From NCBI GenBank assembly GCA_963761975.1, contig CAVXIR010000004.1, positions 1,155,148-1,219,147 of the forward strand: a DNA stretch of 64,000 bases, given 5' to 3'. The notes below the pieces were generated by a model. That model was not told where the DNA came from. It made no database searches and saw only the letters and a program-made list of their open reading frames with translations. Below, one piece after another: positions 11,210 through 20,923 of this stretch; within the stretch, counting starts at the first letter, position 1; every line of letters begins with the position of its first letter. A program made the position numbers and the translations under genes. The DNA comes from Vicinamibacterales bacterium (lineage in GTDB: Bacteria; Acidobacteriota; Vicinamibacteria; Vicinamibacterales; JAMQPK01).

Positions 11210-12879
11210 TCTCTCGGCCGCGGGCGCTGGTGGCTGAGCCCTCGACCTGGCTGGCCGCACTCATCTGCTGCGGCCTGTGCGCGCTGGCGTGGTTCGGCTA
11301 TCGCGTCACCGACCAGTGGCAACGCAGCGCCGCGCTGCTCGCCGATCACCGCGGCAACGAAGCCGCAGATCTGCTTACCCGCGCGCTCACTCGTGACATG
11401 TCGGGTGTGCAGACCTCGATCCTGAACAGCCCGGAACAGAACCAGCTCGCGTTCGCTCCCCCTTACGAAGCGAACGACCTCGTCGCCCTCGCCTTCGCGC
11501 GCTATCCCTATCCCGAGTTCTTCTTCGGGTGGACACCGTCGAGCGCCGGAACGGTCATGTTCTCGCGCACCGATCGGCGGCCGGCCTGGCTCACCCCCCA
11601 CGAGCGGGCCGACGTCTACCCTGTCGAAGTCCGGCGCGATCCACCCGAACTCGCGACGCTGCGTGAACGGATCGAAGCGGACGTCGCGGCACGCCGCCGC
11701 TACTCGGTGTTCGACACATCGATAGAGGGAACTCCTTATCAAATCGTCGCCCTCCTCGCCTACGAAGGCACGAGCCGCGAACGTCTCGACCGCATCTTCG
11801 GCGCCGCCATCAACGTCGAGTGGGCGCGGGACCACTATTTCAGCGACATCCTCCAGCAGGTCGCTCGGATCGGCGGGAACGCGAGCGCCTCATCCTTCGC
11901 GGTGATCGATGACCAGGGGCACCGCGTGGCCGGCACGCTGGAGCCCACCTCGCGGCATACTGTGGCCACACGGGTCTTTCCTGTCCTGTTCTTCGATCCC
12001 ACGCTCGTCGCGGTCGATCCGCCAGCCGATCTCAGGCAGCGATCGTGGACCGTTGCCGCGAGTGCGGAAGGCGATCCGACGTTCGTGCTGGCCGCGCGCG
12101 GCGCACAGCGAAGCCTGATCGTCGTCGGCGCGGGAGTCGCTCTTCTCGCAGTCAGCCTGTTTGTCACTGCCCGCGCCGCCCGGGCGAGCGCCGCCGTTGC
12201 GGCGGTGCGCGCCGATTTCGTGGCCACCGTGACGCACGAACTGAAGACGCCGCTCTCGACGATTCGAGCAGTTGGCGAAACGCTTTCGAGAGGACGCATC
12301 AAGACCGAACACGACCTGACCCGGTACGCGCACCTGCTCGTGCGCGAGGAGAGGCGTCTCACCCGGCTGGTGAACAACCTGCTCGCCTACTCGCGCGTCA
12401 CCGACGTCACAGAGGTGTATTCGTTCGAGCATCTCGAGCCAGCAGCGCTCTTATCAGAGGCAATTCAGGCATTCCGCCGGCAGCTGACCGACAGCGACGT
12501 TCGCCTCGAAACAGACGTGCAAGCGGACGTTCCCGCGGTTCGCGCCGATCGAACGGCCATCGTTCTCGCGCTCGACAACCTGATCGACAATGCGATTCGT
12601 TACTCAGGCGAGGCAAAAACGGTCTGCGTCAGGGCCTCGCGGACGGCAGGCCACGTGCGCTTCGACGTCATCGATCAAGGGGTGGGCATACCGGCCGACG
12701 ACCTGCCAAAAGTCAGGCAGCGGTTCGTCCGCGGGAGGACGGCAAGGGGTCCAGGTAACGGATTGGGCCTGGCAATCGTAAACCGCATAGCCGGCGATCA
12801 CGGCGGCGCGCTCGAAATTACCAGCGAGGTCGGCGTTGGCACCACGGCAACTCTCTCGATTCCGCAGGCGAGCGTCTGA
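11206..12879 (+). CDS. Sensor histidine kinase (two TM segments, large periplasmic domain, HisKA + HATPase_c)
   Basis: 557 aa. H-box FVATVTHELKTPLSTI, N-box DNLIDNAIRYS, G-box GNGLGLAIV. The start overlaps the TAXI stop (ATGA). Confidence 0.9.
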   Translation: MISRPRALVAEPSTWLAALICCGLCALAWFGYRVTDQWQRSAALLADHRGNEAADLLTRALTRDMSGVQTSILNSPEQNQLAFAPPYEANDLVALAFARYPYPEFFFGWTPSSAGTVMFSRTDRRPAWLTPHERADVYPVEVRRDPPELATLRERIEADVAARRRYSVFDTSIEGTPYQIVALLAYEGTSRERLDRIFGAAINVEWARDHYFSDILQQVARIGGNASASSFAVIDDQGHRVAGTLEPTSRHTVATRVFPVLFFDPTLVAVDPPADLRQRSWTVAASAEGDPTFVLAARGAQRSLIVVGAGVALLAVSLFVTARAARASAAVAAVRADFVATVTHELKTPLSTIRAVGETLSRGRIKTEHDLTRYAHLLVREERRLTRLVNNLLAYSRVTDVTEVYSFEHLEPAALLSEAIQAFRRQLTDSDVRLETDVQADVPAVRADRTAIVLALDNLIDNAIRYSGEAKTVCVRASRTAGHVRFDVIDQGVGIPADDLPKVRQRFVRGRTARGPGNGLGLAIVNRIAGDHGGALEITSEVGVGTTATLSIPQASV

Positions 12880-13569
12880 ATGCGCCCGAAGATTCTGATC
12901 GTGGAAGACGACTCATCGCTCGCGCAGATACTGCGCGACAACCTGCTCGTGGACGGCTTCGAAGTCGAGTGGGCCGCGCATGCGGAAGGCGCGCTCACAC
13001 TGTACCGCTCGTTTGTGCCCGATCTTGTGATCCTTGACGTGATGCTGCCCGATCTCAGCGGGTTCGAGCTCGGACGCGTGCTCAGACACGGAGGGAAGAC
13101 TCCCATCATTATTCTGTCGGCGCGCGGTGAAAAGGCCGACAAGCTGCAGGGACTGCGCCTCGGCGCCGACGACTACGTCACCAAGCCTTTCGACATGGAG
13201 GAGCTGGTCGCCCGCATCCATACCGTGCTGCGCCGAGTGAAGCCTGCGGTCGGCACGATTCAGCTGGGCAGTGTCACCATCGACTTCCGGCGCGGACTCG
13301 CGACGGGCGCGCGCGGCGATTTGCGGCTCACGCATCGTGAGTTCGAAATCCTGCGGGTGCTGGCCGAACGTCATTCGCGCGTAGTTTTTCGTGATGAGCT
13401 CTTCAAGGAGATCTGGGGATTCGTCGATGCCACGACCACGCGCTCGGTGGATCGCGCCGTGTCCCGGCTGCGACAGAAGATTGAAACAGACCCACGAAAC
13501 CCGCGCTTTCTCCGCACAGTTCACGGCGACGGCTACATCCTGTCGGTTGAGGCAATGAACTCGGCCTGA
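12880..13569 (+). CDS. OmpR-family response regulator (receiver + winged helix)
   Basis: 229 aa. Matches MRPKILIVEDD, LVILDVMLPDLSGFEL, YVTKPF and C-terminal RTVHGDGYIL. The ATG directly follows the kinase stop (TGAATG). Confidence 0.9.
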   Translation: MRPKILIVEDDSSLAQILRDNLLVDGFEVEWAAHAEGALTLYRSFVPDLVILDVMLPDLSGFELGRVLRHGGKTPIIILSARGEKADKLQGLRLGADDYVTKPFDMEELVARIHTVLRRVKPAVGTIQLGSVTIDFRRGLATGARGDLRLTHREFEILRVLAERHSRVVFRDELFKEIWGFVDATTTRSVDRAVSRLRQKIETDPRNPRFLRTVHGDGYILSVEAMNSA

Positions 13570-13574
13570 GTCGC

Positions 13575-14528
13575 CTACGCTTTCATCGCGACGCCGTTCT
13601 TGACGAGCCAGTCGTGCGCAGTCTGTGCCGCTTCACGCGGCGTGTACGGCATCTGGCCGCCGCTGTCGAGCTCGACCATGATCATGCCTTCGAGCTTGCG
13701 GCCTTCCATGAGGTCGAGAATCGCGACCAGATTCACCTTGCCGAGCCCGAGCGCGCAGTAGCCGGCCATCGACGGCCCACCCACCCAATCCTTGAAGTGC
13801 ATGTGCTGGACGACTGGCAGGAACGCCTTGACGACAGCAACCGGATCGACACCGCCCTTCTGGAGCTGGCCGATATCGGGGCCGAACTTCACGTAGCGCG
13901 TGTCGACCGCCTCCATGGTCGCGTACGTTTCATCGCGCGTCTCGACAGCGGTGCCGGTGTGTTGATGCAGGGCTGCGATCAGGCCGATGTCGGTGATGGC
14001 TTTCCCGAGCTCGTTCAGCGTCGTGACGATGTTCTGCTTGTGGTCGTTGTAGTTGTAGCTCTCGCCGCCGACCCGGCCGCTCGGGCCGATGACGATCGTC
14101 TTGCCACCGTACTTCTTCAGGATCTTACCGACGGCGACTGCCGCGCCGATCGTGGCGGCGCGCTGCGCCGGGTCGGTGAGGTTGATGCTCGTGTAGCTCG
14201 AAATCAACGGCAGCTTGTATTTGTCGACGAATCCGGAGAGCAGCCCCTGACTTTCCAGGCCATTTATCTGCCAGTCGAACAGTTCGAGACCAGCGAACCC
14301 AAGCTCGGAAAGATCCTTGAAGATCGCTTCGTTGAGCGCCGGATCGGGGGGAGGCGGCGGCCCGCCACCGCCTCGGCGCCCGCCGCCGACGCGCGCCGGC
14401 CAGGTTATGCCGGTATGCCCGACCACTACACTCCGCTTCTTGCCCTGCGCCCATGCCGGCACCGCCGGCGCAGTCGTTGCCGCCAGCGACATCGCGAGCA
14501 TCTGGACGAACGTTCGTCGATCGATCAT
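13575..14528 (-). CDS. Sugar phosphate isomerase/epimerase family protein (xylose-isomerase-like TIM barrel), Tat signal
   Basis: 317 aa. MIDRRTFVQMLAMSLAATTAPAVPAWAQ, ALHQHTGTAVE, GPDIGQLQKGGVDP, HMHFKDW. Contains a GGGRRGGGGPPPPPDP insert. Confidence 0.75.
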   Translation of the reverse strand: MIDRRTFVQMLAMSLAATTAPAVPAWAQGKKRSVVVGHTGITWPARVGGGRRGGGGPPPPPDPALNEAIFKDLSELGFAGLELFDWQINGLESQGLLSGFVDKYKLPLISSYTSINLTDPAQRAATIGAAVAVGKILKKYGGKTIVIGPSGRVGGESYNYNDHKQNIVTTLNELGKAITDIGLIAALHQHTGTAVETRDETYATMEAVDTRYVKFGPDIGQLQKGGVDPVAVVKAFLPVVQHMHFKDWVGGPSMAGYCALGLGKVNLVAILDLMEGRKLEGMIMVELDSGGQMPYTPREAAQTAHDWLVKNGVAMKA

Positions 14529-14562
14529 CGTGTCTCCCCTTATTGAGTCACCTGCGGGGCCG

Positions 14563-16869
14563 CTATTGCCGCGGCAGGGAATACGCTACCCATCCCATCG
14601 GCGAGCCGGGAGGTACCGCCGGTACCGTCGCGGCAGGACCGGCGCCCCGGGCCGGTGGTGCCGCCGTGCCGGCCGCGGGCACCAGCAAGTACGGCCTGCC
14701 GTCGATCTCATACATGGCCGGCGACCCGATGAAGTTGCCGCCGAACCATGACGACCACAACTGCGTGCCGCTCTCGCTGTCCCAGGCACGGATTTGGTTG
14801 TCGCGTCCGGCTCCCAGCACGAGACCCGATTCGGTGACGATGATGCTGTTGCGCATCTGCGTCACGCCGGTCCCGGTGACGCCGCGTCCGACGAGCGACG
14901 GATCGTCGCCAAACCCGATCCGCCACTTGATGGCCGGCACATTCAAGTCGTACTTCACGATCGTCGTGAACGGCGGCTTCATGCGGGAGCCGATCGTCCC
15001 GTACTCGTTGATCACGTAACGCTCGGTCTGGGGCACGCCTTCGGGATACGGCGGCGGGACACCGCGCCCGCGTCCACCTGGTGGCTCCGGCCGCACCCAC
15101 ACCGAACCCGATCCGGCAATCAGCTCGGGCGGCGCGCCCGAAGGTACCGGTCCCGTGCCGCGGCCGAACGGGCCGGCACCGCGTCCCGGGAACGGCGTCG
15201 CCGTCAGATATCTGAGAAGGATGTCCACATCGGCAGCGCTGAGATGTGGGAACGGTGGCATGCGGTTTCTGCCTGTCTCGAGGATCGCGCGGATCGCTTC
15301 CGTATTGAAACGAGAGGCGCCAGCCACGATGTTGTTCGCCGGATCGGCGTTCGCGTACACCAGCGGCACACCTTCACCCGTTCCAAGACGATCCGCACCG
15401 TGACACTGCTGGCAGTGCTGCTGGTAGATCAACTGTCCAGCAGGCGTGAATGCGCCCGCATTCGGATTGGGTTTGACCAGCCGGAGCATGCCGGGATTGT
15501 CCTGGGTGATGACGTAGACGGCACCGGTCGTCGGCTCGGCTGCGGTGCCGCCGAACAGCGCGCCGCCATTACTGCCGGGAATGTGAACCGTGTCGGTAAA
15601 GTTGATCGGGGTGAACAGTCCCTTGTTGTTAGCGGCGAGAACCCGTTGCTTGAACCGCTCGTACTCCGCGGGTTCGAGATAGGGATTGATGTCGTCGACG
15701 CCGAACGCTTGCTTCGCGAAGGGCGGAGGGTTGGTTGGATACGGCTGAGTCGGCCAGGTCTGTTCGCCCGGCATGTCGGTCTGGGGCACCGGCCGTTCTT
15801 CGATCGGCCACATCGGCTCGCCCGTCACGCGGTCGAAGACGTAGAGCCAGCCCGTCTTGCCGGCGACGGCGACGACGTCGCGGTTGCGCCCGTCATGACG
15901 GATCGTCGTCAGCTGCGGCGCGGCGTTGTTGTCGAAATCCCAGAGATCGTGGTGGACCATCTGGAAATGCCAGAGGCGTTTGCCCGTTCGCGCGTCGAGC
16001 GCCACGATCGAGCTGCCGAAGAGATTGGCCCCGATCCGGTCGGCGCCGTAGTAGTCGTAGGTCGGTGAGCCGGTCGGGACGAACACGATTCCGCGGCCCG
16101 TATCGACCGTCAATTCACCCCAGTTGTTGGTCCCGCCGATGTACTTCCAGGCGTCTTTCGGCCACGTGTCGTATCCAAACTCCCCTGGCCGCGGCACGGT
16201 GTGGAACGTCCAGACAAGTTTGCCGGTGAGGACGTCGTAGGCGCGGATGTCGCCAGGCGGCGACATGTAGCCCTCGCCGGGCGCGCTGCCGAGAATAATG
16301 AGATTCTCGAACACCTCGCTAGGCGTTTGCGACTGAATGTTGCTGATGGTCTCGGGGTCGCGTCCGTCGATGCCGATCCTCAGGTCGACGATGCCGAGTG
16401 TGCCGAACGACGTGATGCCCTTGCCTGTCTTCGCGTCGAGCTGCTGGAGCAGGCTGTTCATCGGAAAAATGAGCCGCTGGTCGCGGCCGTCGCGGCTTTC
16501 CCAATACATCATGCCGCGACTGCTCATGCCGTTCATGTTTTCGCGAACCCACAGCTCCTTGCCGGTCTTCGCATCGACGGCCACGATCGATCCGTTGCGG
16601 CCGCGGCCGTAGATTACGCCCCGGACGACGATCGGGTTGCCCCCTGTTTCGCCGTGCGGATACGTCCAGGCAACCTGGAGCTGAGTGACGTTGGACTTGT
16701 TGATCTGGCTCGACGCGAAGTAGCGCGAGTTGTCCGGACCGTTGCCGTACCCATGCCACCATTTGTCGGTGGTGGACTGCGCCATGCTGATCGAGACGAG
16801 GGCGAAGGCCGCCGCCAGACCAGCCGCGGCGGCAACGTGCGGCCGGAATCGCCATTCAGTCTGAGACAT
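14563..16869 (-). CDS. PQQ-dependent dehydrogenase (glucose/quinate-type propeller) with embedded c-type heme domain
   Basis: 768 aa with a signal peptide. HHDLWDFDNNAAPQL, heme motif CQQCH. Two GRG-rich inserts are present. Confidence 0.8.
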   Translation of the reverse strand: MSQTEWRFRPHVAAAAGLAAAFALVSISMAQSTTDKWWHGYGNGPDNSRYFASSQINKSNVTQLQVAWTYPHGETGGNPIVVRGVIYGRGRNGSIVAVDAKTGKELWVRENMNGMSSRGMMYWESRDGRDQRLIFPMNSLLQQLDAKTGKGITSFGTLGIVDLRIGIDGRDPETISNIQSQTPSEVFENLIILGSAPGEGYMSPPGDIRAYDVLTGKLVWTFHTVPRPGEFGYDTWPKDAWKYIGGTNNWGELTVDTGRGIVFVPTGSPTYDYYGADRIGANLFGSSIVALDARTGKRLWHFQMVHHDLWDFDNNAAPQLTTIRHDGRNRDVVAVAGKTGWLYVFDRVTGEPMWPIEERPVPQTDMPGEQTWPTQPYPTNPPPFAKQAFGVDDINPYLEPAEYERFKQRVLAANNKGLFTPINFTDTVHIPGSNGGALFGGTAAEPTTGAVYVITQDNPGMLRLVKPNPNAGAFTPAGQLIYQQHCQQCHGADRLGTGEGVPLVYANADPANNIVAGASRFNTEAIRAILETGRNRMPPFPHLSAADVDILLRYLTATPFPGRGAGPFGRGTGPVPSGAPPELIAGSGSVWVRPEPPGGRGRGVPPPYPEGVPQTERYVINEYGTIGSRMKPPFTTIVKYDLNVPAIKWRIGFGDDPSLVGRGVTGTGVTQMRNSIIVTESGLVLGAGRDNQIRAWDSESGTQLWSSWFGGNFIGSPAMYEIDGRPYLLVPAAGTAAPPARGAGPAATVPAVPPGSPMGWVAYSLPRQ

Positions 16870-16882
16870 GCACGAGCTCCTG

Positions 16883-18853
16883 CTACTTTTTCGCGCGTGG
16901 CTGGCCGAGAAACGCGAACGCGCCCAGCTCGCCCGACGTCACCAGATCCATCACGCCGTCCTTGTTCAGGTCCACGGCGAGCACCTGCGAGCCTGCACCC
17001 GACTGGTTGTGCACCAGCTCGGGCACGAACTCGGATCCCCCGGGCGCCTGTTTGTTGCGAACTGTCCGGTAGACGTAGAGCACCGGTGCGCCGTACGGAT
17101 CGGGATCGGCGTAGCTCTCGTTGTGCGAGAAGAACCGTTTGCCGATGACAAAGTCGGGCGTGCCGTCGCCGTTCATATCGGCGCAGGCCGAGCCATGCGG
17201 CTGCGAAAAGACGACGCCGCCGGCATTCTTCGTCGCGAAGTTGTCCGAGATCATGTGCTGCACGAACGAGATTTTTCCACCGGCATCGCGCTTCTGCTCG
17301 AACCACGCGATCCCGAACACGTGCGCCTGCAGCGACGTCACGACGTCGTTGAGCTTGTCGCCGTTGACGTCGAACACGCACATCTCGGCGCCGCCCGGCG
17401 CCCCGCGGCCATTCTGACGGCCGAAGGCATGCGGATGGTATGTCCACATCTCGGTCGTGGCCGTTGCAGGCTGTTCCCACCAGCCGTATACGTTAAGGAT
17501 GTCGACGCGGCCGTCGCCATTGATGTCGCCCGCACCGATACCATGCGCGGCGTAGGTGCCTGGCTCGCCAACCTGCGTCGAAAGCCAGGGGCCGGTCGGA
17601 TTGGCCGGATCCGGCTTCGCCCATCGCATTGCACCCGCACTCGCGTATACGAGATCGGGTGTGCCATCGGCATCGATGTCCTTCATCACCGACACTTCCG
17701 ACACGTTGGGGGCCGGCGGCACGACGCCAAGATGCGAATCCCATCGCCTCGGCTCTCCCTTCGGATTCACGTACAACCGCGTATTCGAGGTTGACGCCAG
17801 CAGCACGTCGGGCCAGCCGTCGCCGGTGAAGTCGCCGGCGAACTCGAGCCAGTTGGACGAGAAGCTCGTCGATGGGTTCGTGCTTTGCGCCATGTAGAAC
17901 TCGCGCACCTTCGTGAAGTCAGGTCCGAGGAAGATGAATGGCCCCGAGACGATGTCCATGTTGCCGTCGCGGTCGAAGTCGGCGGCGGCCGACGCGAACG
18001 AATAGTAGAAGGGCGTGAGCCGCAGCATGCGGTAGTTGGGCGACAGCTGTTCCGGGACCACGCGCTTCAGGCTCAGATCGCGATACGAGACGTCGCGGAA
18101 GCGCACTTCGCCTGAACCGCCCACATAGATCGCGATCGGGCCGAACTTGCCCAGATCGTCGTCGGCCGCGCCGCCGCCGTTGGCCGACGTGTTCACCCAT
18201 GGCCGGAATATGTTTGCGTCGATGACGACATCGACGTCATTCCAGTCGTTGGGCTTCAGTGCGGTCGGCTCCATCAAGTCGGGCAGTGTTGCGCCCGAAG
18301 GCAACACACCCCGTCCGCGGCCGCCCGGCGCGCCCGCACCACGTCCCGGAACAGGTCCGGCGCCGCGCCCCGCACCGGCGCCCCTCGCGGCTGCCGCGGC
18401 TGCTGCTTCGGCGGCCGTTGGCGCGATGCGCATCAGTCCTCCGCCGGGACGCAGGCGCTCGCGTGTCAATTCCTTGCCGTTGGCGTCGAGCGTCACCGCA
18501 TAGCCACCCACCTCGCCGTCGTTGAGCGAGAGGTAGACGCCTTTCATCCCCGACGGTGTCTTCTCGGCGCGCAGTAATACTCCGGTCTTGCAACCACCGA
18601 CGCACTTGAAGTCGGCGCCGAACTGGACATCCTGAAACGACTTGTCCAGCACCAGCCAGCCGCCGTCCGGCGACTTGGGTGTCCCTACCAACTCGCCGTC
18701 GATGGCTTTCCAGTCGGCGGGGCCAAGCGCGTGCCAGCCGGCGAGCGTGCTGCCCTTGAAGGTCCAGTCGGGGACGAACGTGCTTCGCGTGCCCGTCAAG
18801 GGTGCCGTGACCAACACGGCGAGCATCGCTACCAGGGCGAGAAGTCTAGCCAT
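16883..18853 (-). CDS. Exported DUF1080 (3-keto-disaccharide-hydrolase-like) + FG-GAP/VCBS repeat protein
   Basis: The track ORF starts at GTG 18859. I prefer ATG comp. 18851-18853, which is preceded by GGAGG. The N-terminus (GWHALGPADWKAIDGELVG...DVQFGADFKC) is DUF1080-like, and repeated DxNGDGxxD motifs (DFDRDGNMD, DIDADGTPD, DINGDGRVD, DVNGDKLND, DMNGDGTPD, DLNKDGVMD) are FG-GAP-like. Confidence 0.75.
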   Translation of the reverse strand: MARLLALVAMLAVLVTAPLTGTRSTFVPDWTFKGSTLAGWHALGPADWKAIDGELVGTPKSPDGGWLVLDKSFQDVQFGADFKCVGGCKTGVLLRAEKTPSGMKGVYLSLNDGEVGGYAVTLDANGKELTRERLRPGGGLMRIAPTAAEAAAAAAARGAGAGRGAGPVPGRGAGAPGGRGRGVLPSGATLPDLMEPTALKPNDWNDVDVVIDANIFRPWVNTSANGGGAADDDLGKFGPIAIYVGGSGEVRFRDVSYRDLSLKRVVPEQLSPNYRMLRLTPFYYSFASAAADFDRDGNMDIVSGPFIFLGPDFTKVREFYMAQSTNPSTSFSSNWLEFAGDFTGDGWPDVLLASTSNTRLYVNPKGEPRRWDSHLGVVPPAPNVSEVSVMKDIDADGTPDLVYASAGAMRWAKPDPANPTGPWLSTQVGEPGTYAAHGIGAGDINGDGRVDILNVYGWWEQPATATTEMWTYHPHAFGRQNGRGAPGGAEMCVFDVNGDKLNDVVTSLQAHVFGIAWFEQKRDAGGKISFVQHMISDNFATKNAGGVVFSQPHGSACADMNGDGTPDFVIGKRFFSHNESYADPDPYGAPVLYVYRTVRNKQAPGGSEFVPELVHNQSGAGSQVLAVDLNKDGVMDLVTSGELGAFAFLGQPRAKK

Positions 18854-18883
18854 GTCCACCTCCGGAAAGATGCGACGACTGTA

Positions 18884-18896
18884 ATCGATTATCGAT
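18884..18896. promoter_or_regulatory. Tandem ATCGAT motif (ATCGATTATCGAT), candidate operator
   Basis: Lies 31-43 nt upstream of the 18853 start. The 18-mer CTGTAATCGATTATCGAT (18879-18896) recurs as an exact reverse complement at 48333-48350. Confidence 0.5.
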
Positions 18897-19107
18897 GAAA
18901 TTTACAGCTGAACGGGGATTTCCACTCAGAACGGCGCCAATGTTTCTCGCAGCCCGTTTACGTCGCGGTTCTTGTAGCACGTCAGGCACGCGTTCGGACT
19001 TTCATCGTTCCCGACTGGCAAGGCCGAGGTTTCGTGTGTTTCATATCGTGGAACTATGTTTCAATCAATCTTGTTCCATGTGAGGCCGACGAGCGCGTGT
19101 CAGTAAT

Positions 19108-19120
19108 ATCGATTATCGAT
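19108..19120. promoter_or_regulatory. Tandem ATCGAT motif (ATCGATTATCGAT), candidate operator
   Basis: Exact 13-mer copy in the divergent intergenic region, about 130 nt upstream of the GH51 gene. Confidence 0.5.
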
Positions 19121-19188
19121 TGGCCAAAGAATGCAGGATTTCCGGACGGGAATCAAAGCCGTGATTGGGACAAATTGTGACCACCTCC

Positions 19189-19201
19189 ATCGATTATTCA
19201 T
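19189..19201. promoter_or_regulatory. Degenerate copy of the motif (ATCGATTATTCAT)
   Basis: Matches the 13-mer at 11/13 positions, 47 nt upstream of ATG 19248. Confidence 0.3.
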
Positions 19202-19247
19202 TCTCGCCCGGAGGTGTGTGTTACCCTCGCCGTGCCGAACCAGATGT

Positions 19248-20891
19248 ATGAGTTCCCTCGATCGACGTGCGTTCCTCGCCGGTCTGGGCCGTGCCGGCGC
19301 GTGTGCCGTAGCCGGATCGTGGATACAGGCGACAGGCTTCGCGCAGACCCGCGGGCCGGCACGCGCGTTTCTGCGTCGAGCGCCAGGCCGCGGCGACTTC
19401 GACCGGCGGCTCTTCGGATCATTCCTCGAGCACCTCGGCCGCGCGGTCTACACCGGCGTGTACGAGCCCGGATCGCCGCTGGCCGATGCCAGAGGATTCC
19501 GCACTGACGTCGCGCGCGAGATCAAGGAACTCGGCGTCCCCACTGTCCGCTATCCGGGAGGAAACTTCGTCTCGGGCTACAACTGGCTCGATGGCGTCGG
19601 GCCGAAAGCGCAGCGGCCGACGGTGCTCGAGCGCGCGTGGAATTCACTCGAGTCCAATCTGTTCGGCACCAACGAGTTCATCGACTGGTGCGCGATGGTC
19701 GGCACCGAACCTCTGCTCGGGATGAACTTCGGCACGGGCACCGTCGAGATGGCGGTCGCCTATGTCGAGTACTGTAACTTCGCGCGCGGCACCCGCTGGA
19801 GCGATCTGCGGCGCGCGCACGGGTACGAACGGCCGCACAACGTGCGTTACTGGTGTCTCGGCAACGAGATGGACGGGCCGTGGCAGATCGGGCGACTGCA
19901 GGCGCGAGAGTACGGCCGCAAGGCCCGCGATGCCGCGCAGCAGATGCGCGTCATCGATCCGAACCTGCAGCTGATCGCCTGCGGATCGAGCGGTACGTTC
20001 ATGCCGACCTACCTCGTCTGGGATCGCGAGGTGCTCGAAGAGTGCTACGACCAGGTCGACGGCCTCTCGCTTCATGCGTACTACGGCAACACCAGCCAGT
20101 TGTCCGGCAACAGCAGCGCCCGCTATCTGGCGATGAATCTCGACATGGATCGACACATCCACGAAGTGGCGGCGGTCTGCGACTACGTGCAGGGACTGCA
20201 CCGATCGAACAAACGCCTGTGGCTCTCGTTCGACGAATGGAACGTCTGGTATCGCGCGCGCGGCGGGAACGCGACCAACGGCCGCGGCGCGGCGGCGCCG
20301 CGGTTGCTCGAAGAGGTTTACAACCTCGAGGACGCGCTGCTCGTCGGCGGCTTCGTCAACACGCTCCTGCGAAATTCCGATCGCGTCCGGATCGGTTGCC
20401 TCGCGCAACTGGTCAACGTCATCGCACCGCTCGTCACCAGCGATCGCGGCGTCCTGCGCCAGAGCATCTACTATCCGTATGCCTGGGCGCTTCGCTACGC
20501 ACGGGGCCGCCTGCTCGATCTGCGCATCGAGTCGGAGACCTACCCGATCAGCCGCATCGGGCTGCAGTCCGACTTCGCGCGTGACGCCAGCGTGCCGTTT
20601 GTCGACCTGGTCGCAACCATCGACGAACCCGCCGGCCAGGCCGCGGTGCTGATGCTCAACCGCGATCTGGACGGCGAGCGCGAGGTCGTGCTCGAGTGGC
20701 AGGACATCGTCCCGGCGCGTGTGCTCTCGTGCGAGACGATTACTGGGCCCGACCTGAAGGCGTTCAACACCTTCGAAGAGCCCCGGCGCGTCGCACCGCA
20801 GCTGCTCTCGCCGCCCGCGGCCGCCAGCCGGATGACGTTCAAGCTGCCGCCGCGCTCCTACACCGTCGCGCACGTGAGTCTAAAAGCCTGA
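19248..20891 (+). CDS. abfA: GH51 alpha-L-arabinofuranosidase, Tat signal
   Basis: Starts at the in-frame ATG 19248 (MSSLDRRAFLAGLG). VRYPGGNFVSGYNWLDGVGPKAQRP, GTNEFIDWC and WCLGNEMDGPWQIG match the AbfA/GH51 catalytic core. Confidence 0.85.
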   Translation: MSSLDRRAFLAGLGRAGACAVAGSWIQATGFAQTRGPARAFLRRAPGRGDFDRRLFGSFLEHLGRAVYTGVYEPGSPLADARGFRTDVAREIKELGVPTVRYPGGNFVSGYNWLDGVGPKAQRPTVLERAWNSLESNLFGTNEFIDWCAMVGTEPLLGMNFGTGTVEMAVAYVEYCNFARGTRWSDLRRAHGYERPHNVRYWCLGNEMDGPWQIGRLQAREYGRKARDAAQQMRVIDPNLQLIACGSSGTFMPTYLVWDREVLEECYDQVDGLSLHAYYGNTSQLSGNSSARYLAMNLDMDRHIHEVAAVCDYVQGLHRSNKRLWLSFDEWNVWYRARGGNATNGRGAAAPRLLEEVYNLEDALLVGGFVNTLLRNSDRVRIGCLAQLVNVIAPLVTSDRGVLRQSIYYPYAWALRYARGRLLDLRIESETYPISRIGLQSDFARDASVPFVDLVATIDEPAGQAAVLMLNRDLDGEREVVLEWQDIVPARVLSCETITGPDLKAFNTFEEPRRVAPQLLSPPAAASRMTFKLPPRSYTVAHVSLKA

Positions 20892-20923
20892 CGCTGGCTG
20901 GAACCTCCGATGGAGGTATGACG

